Source: Auanema rhodensis
Lineage: Eukaryota > Animalia > Nematoda
Direction: 5' to 3'
Length of the DNA stretch: 64,000 bases
Assembly: GCA_964057225.1 (NCBI GenBank)
Contig: CAXKVF010000087.1
Span: 62,001-126,000, forward strand
Shown here: one piece after another, positions 1 through 12,672 of the stretch
How the letters are laid out: the number at the start of each line of letters is the position of its first letter
Position numbering within the stretch: the stretch's first letter is position 1
Made by a program: the position numbers and the translations under genes
Notes under the pieces: generated by a model
Told to the model about the DNA's origin: nothing
What the model saw: only the letters and a program-made list of their open reading frames with translations
The model's database searches: none

Positions 1-45
1 CCATGTCCATATTAGTCGAAAAACAAATTTTTATTGATATTGGTG

Positions 46-58
46 CATGGTAACCATG
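46..58. other. Dyad CATGGT-A-ACCATG in nearly every monomer (7-bp arms TCATGGT-A-ACCATGA when position 45 is T); contains the BstEII site GGTNACC
   Basis: CATGGT (46-51) is the reverse complement of ACCATG (53-58). Confidence 0.9.
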
Positions 59-102
59 ACTTTGAAATTTACGTGAACTTTAATTTATGCTAATTAAATG
101 TA

Positions 103-110
103 CACGTGAT
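103..110 (-). promoter_or_regulatory. E-box/G-box CACGTG; the minus strand reads ATCACGTG, matching the RTCACRTG bHLH/CDEI-type consensus (motif only, binding unproven)
   Basis: Plus strand CACGTGAT at monomer 103-110; destroyed in copies carrying G106T or C103G. Confidence 0.35.
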
Positions 111-132
111 GTGCACTTGGTATGTAACTCGC

Positions 133-142
133 TTCACGTGAA
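133..142. promoter_or_regulatory. Perfect 10-bp palindrome TTCACGTGAA containing the extended E-box TCACGTGA (motif only, binding unproven)
   Basis: Read directly at monomer 133-142; intact in nearly all copies. Confidence 0.4.
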
Positions 143-1584
143 AGATAAAGAGATGCGCTTTTCAAAATTAGATTCCCCATGTCCATATTAGTCTAAAAAC
201 AAATTTTTATTGATATTGGTTCATGGTAACCATGACTTTGAAATTTACGTGAACTTTAATTTATGCTAATTAAATGTACACGTGATGTGCACTTGGTATG
301 TAACTCGCTTCACGTGAAAGATAAAGAGATGCGGTTTTCAAAATTAGATTCCCCATGTCCATATTAGTCTAAAAACAAATTTTTATTGATATTGGTTCAT
401 GGTAACCATGACTTTGAAATTTACGTGAACTTTAATTTATGCTAATTAAATGTACACGTGATGTGCACTTGGTATGTAACTCGCTTCACGTGAAAGTTAA
501 AGAGATGCGGTTTTCAAAATTAGATTCCCCATGTCCATATTAGTCTAAAAACAAATTTTTATTGATATTGGTGCATGGTAACCATGACTTTGAAATTTAC
601 GTGAACTTTAATTTATGCTAATTAAATGTACACGTGATGTGCACTTGGTATGTAACTCGCTTCACGTGAAAGATAAAGAGATGCGGTTTTCAAAATTAGA
701 TTCCCCATGTCCATATTAGTTTAAAAACAAATTTTTATTGATATTGGTGCATGGTAACCATGACTTTGAAATTTACGTGAACTTTAATTTATGCTAATTA
801 AATGTACACGTGATGTGCACTTGGTATGTAACTCGCTTCACGTGAAAGATAAAGAGATGCGGTTTTCAAAATTAGATTCCCCATGTCCATATTAGTCTAA
901 AAACAAATTTTTATTGATATTGGTTCATGGTAACCATGACTTTGAAATTTACATGAACTTTAATTTATGCTAATTAAATGTACACGTGATGTGCACTTGG
1001 TATGTAACTCGCTTCACGTGAAAGATAAAGAGATGCGATTTTCAAAATTAGATTCCCTATGTCCATATTAGTCTAAAAACAAATTTTTATTGATATTGGT
1101 GCATGGTAACCATGACTTTGAAAGTTACGTGAACTTTAATTTATGCTAATTAAATGTACACGTGATGTGCACTTGGTATGTAACTCGCTTCACGTGAAAG
1201 ATAAAGAGATGCGGTTTTCAAAATTAGATTCCCCATGTCCATATTAGTCTAAAAACAAATTTTTATTGATATTGGTTCATGGTAACCATGACTTTGAAAT
1301 TTACGTGAACTTTAATTTATGCTAATTAAATGTACACGTGATGTGCACTTGATATGTAACTCGCTTCACGTGAAAGATAAAGAGATGCGGTTTTCAAAAT
1401 TAGATTCCCCATGTCCATATTAGTCTAAAAACAAATTTTTATTGATATTGGTGCATGGTAACCATGACTTTGAAATTTACGTGAACTTTAATTTATGCTA
1501 ATTAAATGTACACGTGATGTGCACTTGGTATGTAACTCGCTTCACGTGAAAGATGAAGAGATGCGGTTTTCAAAATTAGATTCC

Positions 1585-2816
1585 CCATGTCCATATTAGT
1601 CTAAAAACAAATTTTTATTGACATTGGTGCATGGTAACCATGACTTTGAAATTTACGTGAACTTTAATTTATGCTAATTAAATGTACACGTGATGTGCAC
1701 TTGGTATGTAACTCGCTTCACGTGAAAGATAAAGAGATGCGGTTTTCAAAATTAGATTCCCCATGTCCATATTAGTCTAAAAACAAATTTTTATTGATAT
1801 TGGTGCATGGTAACCATGACTTTGAAATTTACGTGAACTTTAATTTATGCTAATTAAATGTACACGTGATGTGCACTTGGTATGTAACTCGCTTCACGTG
1901 AAAGATGAAGAGATGCGGTTTTCAAAATTAGATTCCCCATGTCCATATTAGTCTAAAAACAAATTTTTATTGATATTGGTGCATGGTAACCATGACTTTG
2001 AAATTTACGTGAACTTTAATTTATGCTAATTAAATGTACACGTGATGTGCACTTGGTATGTAACTCGCTTCACGTGAAAGATGAAGAGATGCGGTTTTCA
2101 AAATTAGATTCCCCATGTCCATATTAGTCTAAAAACAAATTTTTATTGACATTGGTGCATGGTAACCATGACTTTGAAATTTACGTGAACTTTAATTTAT
2201 GCTAATTAAATGTACACGTGATGTGCACTTGGTATGTAACTCGCTTCACGTGAAAGATAAAGAGATGCGGTTTTCAAAATTAGATTCCCCATGTCCATAT
2301 TAGTCTAAAAACAAATTTTTATTGATATTGGTGCATGGTAACCATGACTTTGAAATTTACGTGAACTTTAATTTATGCTAATTAAATGTACACGTGATGT
2401 GCACTTGGTATGTAACTCGCTTCACGTGAAAGATGAAGAGATGCGGTTTTCAAAATTAGATTCCCCATGTCCATATTAGTCTAAAAACAAATTTTTATTG
2501 ATATTGGTGCATGGTAACCATGACTTTGAAATTTACGTGAACTTTAATTTATGCTAATTAAATGTACACGTGATGTGCACTTGGTATGTAACTCGCTTCA
2601 CGTGAAAGATGAAGAGATGCGGTTTTCAAAATTAGATTCCCCATGTCCATATTAGTCTAAAAACAAATTTTTATAGACATTGGTGCATGGTAACCATGAC
2701 TTTGAAATTTACGTGAACTTTAATTTATGCTAATTAAATGTACACGTGATGTGCACTTGGTATGTAACTCGCTTCACGTGAAAGATAAAGAGATGCGGTT
2801 TTCAAAATTAGATTCC
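1585..2816 (+). repeat. Local 3-mer HOR (528 bp), ~2.3 copies
   Basis: T38C at 1622, 2150 and 2678 (528 apart); the two intervening monomers each carry A147G. Confidence 0.8.
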
Positions 2817-4576
2817 CCATGTCCATATTAGTCTAAAAACAAATTTTTATTGATATTGGTGCATGGTAACCATGACTTTGAAATTTACGTGAACTTTAAT
2901 TTATGCTAATTAAATGTACACGTGATGTGCACTTGGTATGTAACTCGCTTCACGTGAAAGATGAAGTGTTGCGGTTTTCAAAATTAGATTCCCCATGTCC
3001 ATATTAGTCTAAAAACAAATTTTTATTGACATTGGTGCATGGTAACCATGACTTTGAAATTTACGTGAACTTTAATTTATGCTAATTAAATGTACACGTG
3101 ATGTGCACTTGGTATGTAACTCGCTTCACGTGAAAGATAAAGAGATGCGGTTTTCAAAATTAGATTCCCCATGTCCATATTAGTCTAAAAACAAATTTTT
3201 ATTGATATTGGTTCATGGTAACCATGACTTTGAAATTTACGTGAACTTTAATTTATGCTAATTAAATGTACACGTGATGTGCACTTGGTATGTAACTCGC
3301 TTCACGTGAAAGATAAAGAGATGCGGTTTTCAAAATTAGATTCCCCATGTCCATATTAGTCTAAAAACAAATTTTTATTGATATTTGTTCATGGTAACCA
3401 TGACTTTGAAATTTACGTGAACTTTAATTTATGCTAATTGAATGTACACGTGATGTGCACTTGGTATGTAACTCGCTTCACGTGAAAGATAAAGAGATGC
3501 GGTTTTCAAAATTAGATTCCCCATGTCCATATTAGTCTAAAAACAAATTTTTATTGATATTGGTTCATGGTAACCATGACTTTGAAATTTACGTGAACTT
3601 TAATTTATGCTAATTAAATGTACACGTGATGTGCACTTGGTATGTAACTCGCTTCACGTGAAAGATAAAGAGATGCGGTTTTCAAAATTAGATTCCCCAT
3701 GTCCATATTAGTCTAAAAACAAATTTTTATTGATATTGGTGCATGGTAACCATGACTTTGAAATTTACGTGAACTTTAATTTATGCTAATTAAATGTACA
3801 CGTGATGTGCACTTGGTATGTAACTCGCTTCACGTGAAAGATAAAGAGATGCGGTTTTCAAAATTAGATTCCCCATGTCCATATTAGTCTAAAAACAAAT
3901 TTTTATTGATATTGGTTCATGGTAACCATGACTTTGAAATTTACGTGAACTTTAATTTATGCTAATTAAATGTACACGTGATGTGCACTTGGTATGTAAC
4001 TCGCTTCACGTGAAAGATAAAGAGATGCGGTTTTCAAAATTAGATTCCCCATGTCCATATTAGTCTAAAAACAAATTTTTATTGATATTGGTTCATGGTA
4101 ACCATGACTTTGAAATTTACGTGAACTTTAATTTATGCTAATTAAATGTACACGTGATGTGCACTTGGTATGTAACTCGCTTCACGTGAAAGATAAAGAG
4201 ATGCGGTTTTCAAAATTAGATTCCCCATGTCCATATTAGTCTAAAAACAAATTTTTATTGATATTGGTTCATGGTAACCATGACTTTGAAATTTACGTGA
4301 ACTTTAATTTATGCTAATTAAATGTACACGTGATGTGCACTTGGTATGTAACTCGCTTCACGTGAAAGATAAAGAGATGCGGTTTTCAAAATTAGATTCC
4401 CCATGTCCATATTAGTCTAAAAACAAATTTTTATTGATATTGGTGCATGGTAACCATGACTTTGAAATTTACGTGAACTTTAATTTATGCTAATTAAATG
4501 TACACGTGATGTGCACTTGGAATGTAACTCGCTTCACGTGAAAGATGAAGAGATGCGGTTTTCAAAATTAGATTCC

Positions 4577-7500
4577 CCATGTCCATATTAGTCTAAAAAC
4601 AAATTTTTATTGACATTGGTGCATGGTAACCATGACTTTGAAATTTACGTGAACTTTAATTTATGCTAATTAAATGTACACGTGATGTGCACTTGGTATG
4701 TAACTCGCTTCACGTGAAAGATAAAGAGATGCGGTTTTCAAAATTAGATTCCCCATGTCCATATTAGTCTAAAAACAAATTTTTATTGATATTGGTGCAT
4801 GGTAACCATGACTTTGAAATTTACGTGAACTTTAATTTATGCTAATTAAATGTACACGTGATGTGCACTTGGTATGTAACTCGCTTCACGTGAAAGATGA
4901 AGAGATGCGGTTTTCAAAATTAGATTCCCCATGTCCATATTAGTCTAAAAACAAATTTTTATTGATATTGGTGCATGGTAACCATGACTTTGAAATTTAC
5001 GTGAACTTTAATTTATGCTAATTAAATGTACACGTGATGGGCACTTGGTATGTAACTCGCTTCACGTGAAAGATAAAGAGATGCGGTTTTCAAAATTAGA
5101 TTCCCCATGTCCATATTAGTCTAAAAACAAATTTTTATTGATATTGGTTCATGGTAACCATGACTTTGAAATTTACGTGAACTTTAATTTATGCTAATTA
5201 AATGTACACGTGATGTGCACTTGGTATGTAACTCGCTTCACGTGAAAGATAAAGAGATGCGGTTTTCAAAATTAGATTCCCCATGTCCATATTAGTCTAA
5301 AAACAAATTTTTATTGATATTGGTGCATGGTAACCATGACTTTGAAATTTACGTGAACTTTAATTTATGCTAATTAAATGTACACGTGATGTGCACTTGG
5401 AATGTAACTCGCTTCACGTGAAAGATGAAGAGATGCGGTTTTCAAAATTAGATTCCCCATGTCCATATTAGTCTAAAAACAAATTTTTATTGACATTGGT
5501 GCATGGTAACCATGACTTTGAAATTTACGTGAACTTTAATTTATGCTAATTAAATGTACACGTGATGTGCACTTGGTATGTAACTCGCTTCACGTGAAAG
5601 ATAAAGAGATGCGGTTTTCAAAATTAGATTCCCCATGTCCATATTAGTCTAAAAACAAATTTTTATTGATATTGGTGCATGGTAACCATGACTTTGAAAT
5701 TTACGTGAACTTTAATTTATGCTAATTAAATGTACACGTGATGTGCACTTGGTATGTAACTCGCTTCACGTGAAAGATGAAGAGATGCGGTTTTCAAAAT
5801 TAGATTCCCCATGTCCATATTAGTCTAAAAACAAATTTTTATTGATATTGGTGCATGGTAACCATGACTTTGAAATTTACGTGAACTTTAATTTATGCTA
5901 ATTAAATGTACACGTGATGTGCACTTGGTATGTAACTCGCTTCACGTGAAAGATGAAGAGATGCGGTTTTCAAAATTAGATTCCCCATGTCCATATTAGT
6001 CTAAAAACAAATTTTTATTGACATTGGTGCATGGTAACCATGACTTTGAAATTTACGTGAACTTTAATTTATGCTAATTAAATGTACACGTGATGTGCAC
6101 TTGGTATGTAACTCGCTTCACGTGAAAGATGAAGAGATGCGGTTTTCAAAATTAGATTCCCCATGTCCATATTAGTCTAAAAACAAATTTTTATTGACAT
6201 TGGTGCATGGTAACCATGACTTTGAAATTTACGTGAACTTTAATTTATGCTAATTAAATGTACACGTGATGTGCACTTGGTATGTAACTCGCTTCACGTG
6301 AAAGATAAAGAGATGCGGTTTTCAAAATTAGATTCCCCATGTCCATATTAGTCTAAAAACAAATTTTTATTGATATTGGTGCATGGTAACCATGACTTTG
6401 AAATTTACGTGAACTTTAATTTATGCTAATTAAATGTACACGTGATGTGCACTTGGTATGTAACTCGCTTCACGTGAAAGATAAAGAGATGCGGTTTTCA
6501 AAATTAGATTCCCCATGTCCATATTAGTCTAAAAACAAATTTTTATTGATATTGGTGCATGGTAACCATGACTTTGAAATTTACGTGAACTTTAATTTAT
6601 GCTAATTAAATGTACACGTGATGTGCACTTGGTATGTAACTCGCTTCACGTGAAAGATAAGGAGATGCGGTTTTCAAAATTAGATTCCCCATGTCCATAT
6701 TAGTCTAAAAACAAATTTTTATTGATATTGGTGCATGGTAACCATGACTTTGAAATTTACGTGAACTTTAATTTATGCTAATTAAATGTACACGTGATGG
6801 GCACTTGGTATGTAACTCGCTTCACGTGAAAGATAAAGAGATGCGGTTTTCAAAATTAGATTCCCCATGTCCATATTAGTCTAAAAACAAATTTTTATTG
6901 ATATTGGTTCATGGTAACCATGACTTTGAAATTTACGTGAACTTTAATTTATGCTAATTAAATGTACACGTGATGGGCACTTGGTATGTAACTCGCTTCA
7001 CGTGAAAGATAAAGAGATGCGGTTTTCAAAATTAGATTCCCCATGTCCATATTAGTCTAAAAACAAATTTTTATTGATATTGGTGCATGGTAACCATGAC
7101 TTTGAAATTTACGTGAACTTTAATTTATGCTAATTAAATGTACACGTGATGTGCACTTGGTATGTAACTCGCTTCACGTGAAAGATAAAGAGATGCGGTT
7201 TTCAAAATTAGATTCCCCATGTCCATATTAGTCTAAAAACAAATTTTTATTGATATTGGTGCATGGTAACCATGACTTTGAAATTTACGTGAACTTTAAT
7301 TTATGCTAATTAAATGTACACGTGATGTGCACTTGGTATGTAACTCGCTTCACGTGAAAGATGAAGAGATGCGGTTTTCAAAATTAGATTCCCCATGTCC
7401 ATATTAGTCTAAAAACAAATTTTTATTGATATTGGTGCATGGTAACCATGACTTTGAAATTTACGTGAACTTTAATTTATGCTAATTAAATGTACACGTG

Positions 7501-9680
7501 ATGTGCACTTGGTATGTAACTCGCTTCACGTGAAAGATGAAGAGATGCGGTTTTCAAAATTAGATTCCCCATGTCCATATTAGTCTAAAAACAAATTTTT
7601 ATAGACATTGGTGCATGGTAACCATGACTTTGAAATTTACGTGAACTTTAATTTATGCTAATTAAATGTACACGTGATGTGCACTTGGTATGTAACTCGC
7701 TTCACGTGAAAGATGAAGAGATGCGGTTTTCAAAATTAGATTCCCCATGTCCATATTAGTCTAAAAACAAATTTTTATTGACATTGGTGCATGGTAACCA
7801 TGACTTTGAAATTTACGTGAACTTTAATTTATGCTAATTAAATGTACACGTGATGTGCACTTGGTATGTAACTCGCTTCACGTGAAAGATAAAGAGATGC
7901 GGTTTTCAAAATTAGATTCCCCATGTCCATATTAGTCTAAAAACAAATTTTTATTGATATTGGTGCATGGTAACCATGACTTTGAAATTTACGTGAACTT
8001 CAATTTATGCTAATTAAATGTACACGTGATGTGCACTTGGTATGTAACTCGCTTCACGTGAAAGATGAAGAGATGCGGTTTTCAAAATTAGATTCCCCAT
8101 GTCCATATTAGTCTAAAAACAAATTTTTATTGATATTGGTGCATGGTAACCATGACTTTGAAATTTACGTGAACTTTAATTTATGCTAATTAAATGTACA
8201 CGTGATGGGCACTTGGTATGTAACTCGCTTCACGTGAAAGATAAAGAGATGCGGTTTTCAAAATTAGATTCCCCATGTCCATATTAGTCTAAAAACAAAT
8301 TTTTATTGATATTGGTTCATGGTAACCATGACTTTGAAATTTACGTGAACTTTAATTTATGCTAATTAAATGTACACGTGATGTGCACTTGGTATGTAAC
8401 TCGCTTCACGTGAAAGATAAAGAGATGCGGTTTTCACAATTAGATTCCCCATGTCCATATTAGTCTAAAAACAAATTTTTATTGATATTGGTGCATGGTA
8501 ACCATGACTTTGAAATTTACGTGAACTTTAATTTATGCTAATTAAATGTACACGTGATGTGCACTTGGAATGTAACTCGCTTCACGTGAAAGATGAAGAG
8601 ATGCGGTTTTCAAAATTAGATTCCCCATGTCCATATTAGTCTAAAAACAAATTTTTATTGACATTGGTGCATGGTAACCATGACTTTGAAATTTACGTGA
8701 ACTTTAATTTATGCTAATTAAATGTACACGTGATGTGCACTTGGTATGTAACTCGCTTCACGTGAAAGATAAAGAGATGCGGTTTTCAAAATTAGATTCC
8801 CCATGTCCATATTAGTCTAAAAACAAATTTTTATTGATATTGGTGCATGGTAACCATGACTTTGAAATTTACGTGAACTTTAATTTATGCTAATTAAATG
8901 TACACGTGATGTGCACTTGGTATGTAACTCGCTTCACGTGAAAGATGAAGAGATGCGGTTTTCAAAATTAGATTCCCCATGTCCATATTAGTCTAAAAAC
9001 AAATTTTTATTGATATTGGTGCATGGTAACCATGACTTTGAAATTTACGTGAACTTTAATTTATGCTAATTAAATGTACACGTGATGTGCACTTGGTATG
9101 TAACTCGCTTCACGTGAAAGATGAAGAGATGCGGTTTTCAAAATTAGATTCCCCATGTCCATATTAGTCTAAAAACAAATTTTTATTGACATTGGTGCAT
9201 GGTAACCATGACTTTGAAATTTACGTGAACTTTAATTTATGCTAATTAAATGTACACGTGATGTGCACTTGGTATGTAACTCGCTTCACGTGAAAGATGA
9301 AGAGATGCGGTTTTCAAAATTAGATTCCCCATGTCCATATTAGTCTAAAAACAAATTTTTATTGACATTGGTGCATGGTAACCATGACTTTGAAATTTAC
9401 GTGAACTTTAATTTATGCTAATTAAATGTACACGTGATGTGCACTTGGTATGTAACTCGCTTCACGTGAAAGATAAAGAGATGCGGTTTTCAAAATTAGA
9501 TTCCCCATGTCCATATTAGTCTAAAAACAAATTTTTATTGATATTGGTGCATGGTAACCATGACTTTGAAATTTACGTGAACTTTAATTTATGCTAATTA
9601 AATGTACACGTGATGTGCACTTGGTATGTAACTCGCTTCACGTGAAAGATAAAGAGATGCGGTTTTCAAAATTAGATTCC
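4577..9680 (+). repeat. 11-monomer block (4577-6512) duplicated at an 18-monomer offset (7745-9680)
   Basis: Same order of T38C, A147G, T112G, G45T and T121A. T121A lies at 5401 and 8569 (3168 = 18x176 apart). The second copy has two extra substitutions. Confidence 0.8.
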
Positions 9681-12672
9681 CCATGTCCATATTAGTCTAA
9701 AAACAAATTTTTATTGATATTGGTGCATGGTAACCATGACTTTGAAATTTACGTGAACTTTAATTTATGCTAATTAAATGTACACGTGATGTGCACTTGG
9801 TATGTAACTCGCTTCACGTGAAAGATGAAGAGATGCGGTTTTCAAAATTAGATTCCCCATGTCCATATTAGTCTAAAAACAAATTTTTATTGATATTGGT
9901 GCATGGTAACCATGACTTTGAAATTTACGTGAACTTTAATTTATGCTAATTAAATGTACACGTGATGTGCACTTGGTATGTAACTCGCTTCACGTGAAAG
10001 ATAAGGAGATGCGGTTTTCAAAATTAGATTCCCCATGTCCATATTAGTCTAAAAACAAATTTTTATTGATATTGGTGCATGGTAACCATGACTTTGAAAT
10101 TTACGTGAACTTTAATTTATGCTAATTAAATGTACACGTGATGGGCACTTGGTATGTAACTCGCTTCACGTGAAAGATAAAGAGATGCGGTTTTCAAAAT
10201 TAGATTCCCCATGTCCATATTAGTCTAAAAACAAATTTTTATTGATATTGGTTCATGGTAACCATGACTTTGAAATTTACGTGAACTTTAATTTATGCTA
10301 ATTAAATGTACACGTGATGTGCACTTGGTATGTAACTCGCTTCACGTGAAAGATAAAGAGATGCGGTTTTCAAAATTAGATTCCCCATGTCCATATTAGT
10401 CTAAAAACAAATTTTTATTGATATTGGTTCATGGTAACCATGACTTTGAAATTTACGTGAACTTTAATTTATGCTAATTAAATGTACACGTGATGTGCAC
10501 TTGGTATGTAACTCGCTTCACGTGAAAGATAAAGAGATGCGGTTTTCAAAATTAGATTCCCCATGTCCATATTAGTCTAAAAACAAATTTTTATTGATAT
10601 TGGTGCATGGTAACCATGACTTTGAAATTTACGTGAACTTTAATTTATGCTAATTAAATGTACACGTGATGTGCACTTGGTATGTAACTCGCTTCACGTG
10701 AAAGATAAGGAGATGCGGTTTTCAAAATTAGATTCCCCATGTCCATATTAGTCTAAAAACAAATTTTTATTGATATTGGTGCATGGTAACCATGACTTTG
10801 AAATTTACGTGAACTTTAATTTATGCTAATTAAATGTACACGTGATGGGCACTTGGTATGTAACTCGCTTCACGTGAAAGATAAAGAGATGCGGTTTTCA
10901 AAATTAGATTCCCCATGTCCATATTAGTCTAAAAACAAATTTTTATTGATATTGGTTCATGGTAACCATGACTTTGAAATTTACGTGAACTTTAATTTAT
11001 GCTAATTAAATGTACACGTGATGGGCACTTGGTATGTAACTCGCTTCACGTGAAAGATAAAGAGATGCGGTTTTCAAAATTAGATTCCCCATGTCCATAT
11101 TAGTCTAAAAACAAATTTTTATTGATATTGGTGCATGGTAACCATGACTTTGAAATTTACGTGAACTTTAATTTATGCTAATTAAATGTACACGTGATGT
11201 GCACTTGGTATGTAACTCGCTTCACGTGAAAGATAAAGAGATGCGGTTTTTGAAATTAGATTCCCCATGTCCATATTAGTCTAAAAACAAATTTTTATTG
11301 ATATTGGTTCATGGTAACCATGACTTTGAAATTTACGTGAACTTTAATTTATGCTAATTAAATTTAGACGTGATGTGCACTTGGTATGTAACTCGCTTCA
11401 CGTGAAAGATAAAGAGATGCGGTTTTCGAAATTAGATTCCCCATGTCCATATTAGTCTAAAAACAAATTTTTATTGATATTGGTGCATGGTAACCATGAC
11501 TTTGAAATTTACGTGAACTTTAATTTATGCTAATTAAATGTACACGTGATGTGCACTTGGTATGTAACTCGCTTCACGTGAAAGATAAAGAGATGCGGTT
11601 TTCAAAATTAGATTCCCCATGTCCATATTAGTCTAAAAACAAATTTTTATTGATATTGGTGCATGGTAACCATGACTTTGAAATTTACGTGAACTTTAAT
11701 TTATGCTAATTAAATGTACACGTGATGTGCACTTGGTATGTAACTCGCTTCACGTGAAAGATGAAGAGATGCGGTTTTTAAAATTAGATTCCCCATGTCC
11801 ATATTAGTCTAAAAACAAATTTTTATTGATATTGGTTCATGGTAACCATGACTTTGAAATTTACGTGAACTTTAATTTATGCTAATTAAATGTACACGTG
11901 ATGTGCACTTGGTATGTAACTCGCTTCACGTGAAAGATGAAGAGATGCGGTTTTTAAAATTAGATTCCCCATGTCCATATTAGTCTAAAAACAAATTTTT
12001 ATTGATATTGGTTCATGGTAACCATGACTTTGAAATTTACGTGAACTTTAATTTATGCTAATTAAATTTAGACGTGATGTGCACTTGGTATGTAACTCGC
12101 TTCACGTGAAAGATAAAGAGATGCGGTTTTCGAAATTAGATTCCCCATGTCCATATTAGTCTAAAAACAAATTTTTATTGATATTGGTGCATGGTAACCA
12201 TGACTTTGAAGTTTACGTGAACTTTAATTTATGCTAATTAAATGTACACTTGATGTGCACTTGGTATGTAACTCGCTTCACGTGAAAGATAAAGAGATGC
12301 GGTTTTCAAAATTAGATTCCCCATGTCCATATTAGTCTAAAAACAAATTTTTATTGATATTGGTGCATGGTAACCATGACTTTGAAATTTACGTGAACTT
12401 TAATTTATGCTAATTAAATGTACACGTGATGTGCACTTGGTATGTAACTCGCTTCACGTGAAAGATAAAGAGATGCGGTTTTCAAAATTAGATTCCCCAT
12501 GTCCATATTAGTCTAAAAACAAATTTTTATTGATATTGGTGCATGGTAACCATGACTTTGAAATTTACGTGAACTTTAATTTATGCTAATTAAATGTACA
12601 CGTGATGTGCACTTGGTATGTAACTCGCTTCACGTGAAAGATAAAGAGATGCGGTTTTCAAAATTAGATTTC

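Larger units (their letters stand above)
1..176 (+). repeat. Representative 176-bp monomer (first copy; phase arbitrary)
   Basis: Bases 1-176 are followed directly by a near-identical copy at 177. This copy carries two private substitutions (T18G, G158C) relative to consensus. Confidence 0.98.

Noticed and set aside
127-143. CENP-B box
   Set aside because: The core TTCG-N4-A-N2-CGGG is not met. The consensus has CTCG (TTCG only in C128T copies) and lacks CGGG at the required position.
1-176. Identity with Brassica CentBr, Arabidopsis CEN178 or an AluI/HindIII-defined ~176-bp satellite
   Set aside because: The consensus has no AAGCTT or AGCT site. Short resemblances to CEN178 as I recall it (GTCCATAT, TGCGGTTT, TTCATGGT) do not give a convincing full-length alignment and cannot be verified without a search.
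1-176. Tandem 5S rRNA, tRNA, snRNA or spliced-leader gene unit
   Set aside because: No recognisable 5S sequence, tRNA cloverleaf or Pol III B-box on either strand, and no conserved-gene versus variable-spacer partition.
103-176. Budding-yeast point centromere (CDEI-CDEII-CDEIII)
   Set aside because: There is a CDEI-like octamer, but no ~80-bp >90% AT CDEII or CDEIII, and point centromeres are not tandem arrays.
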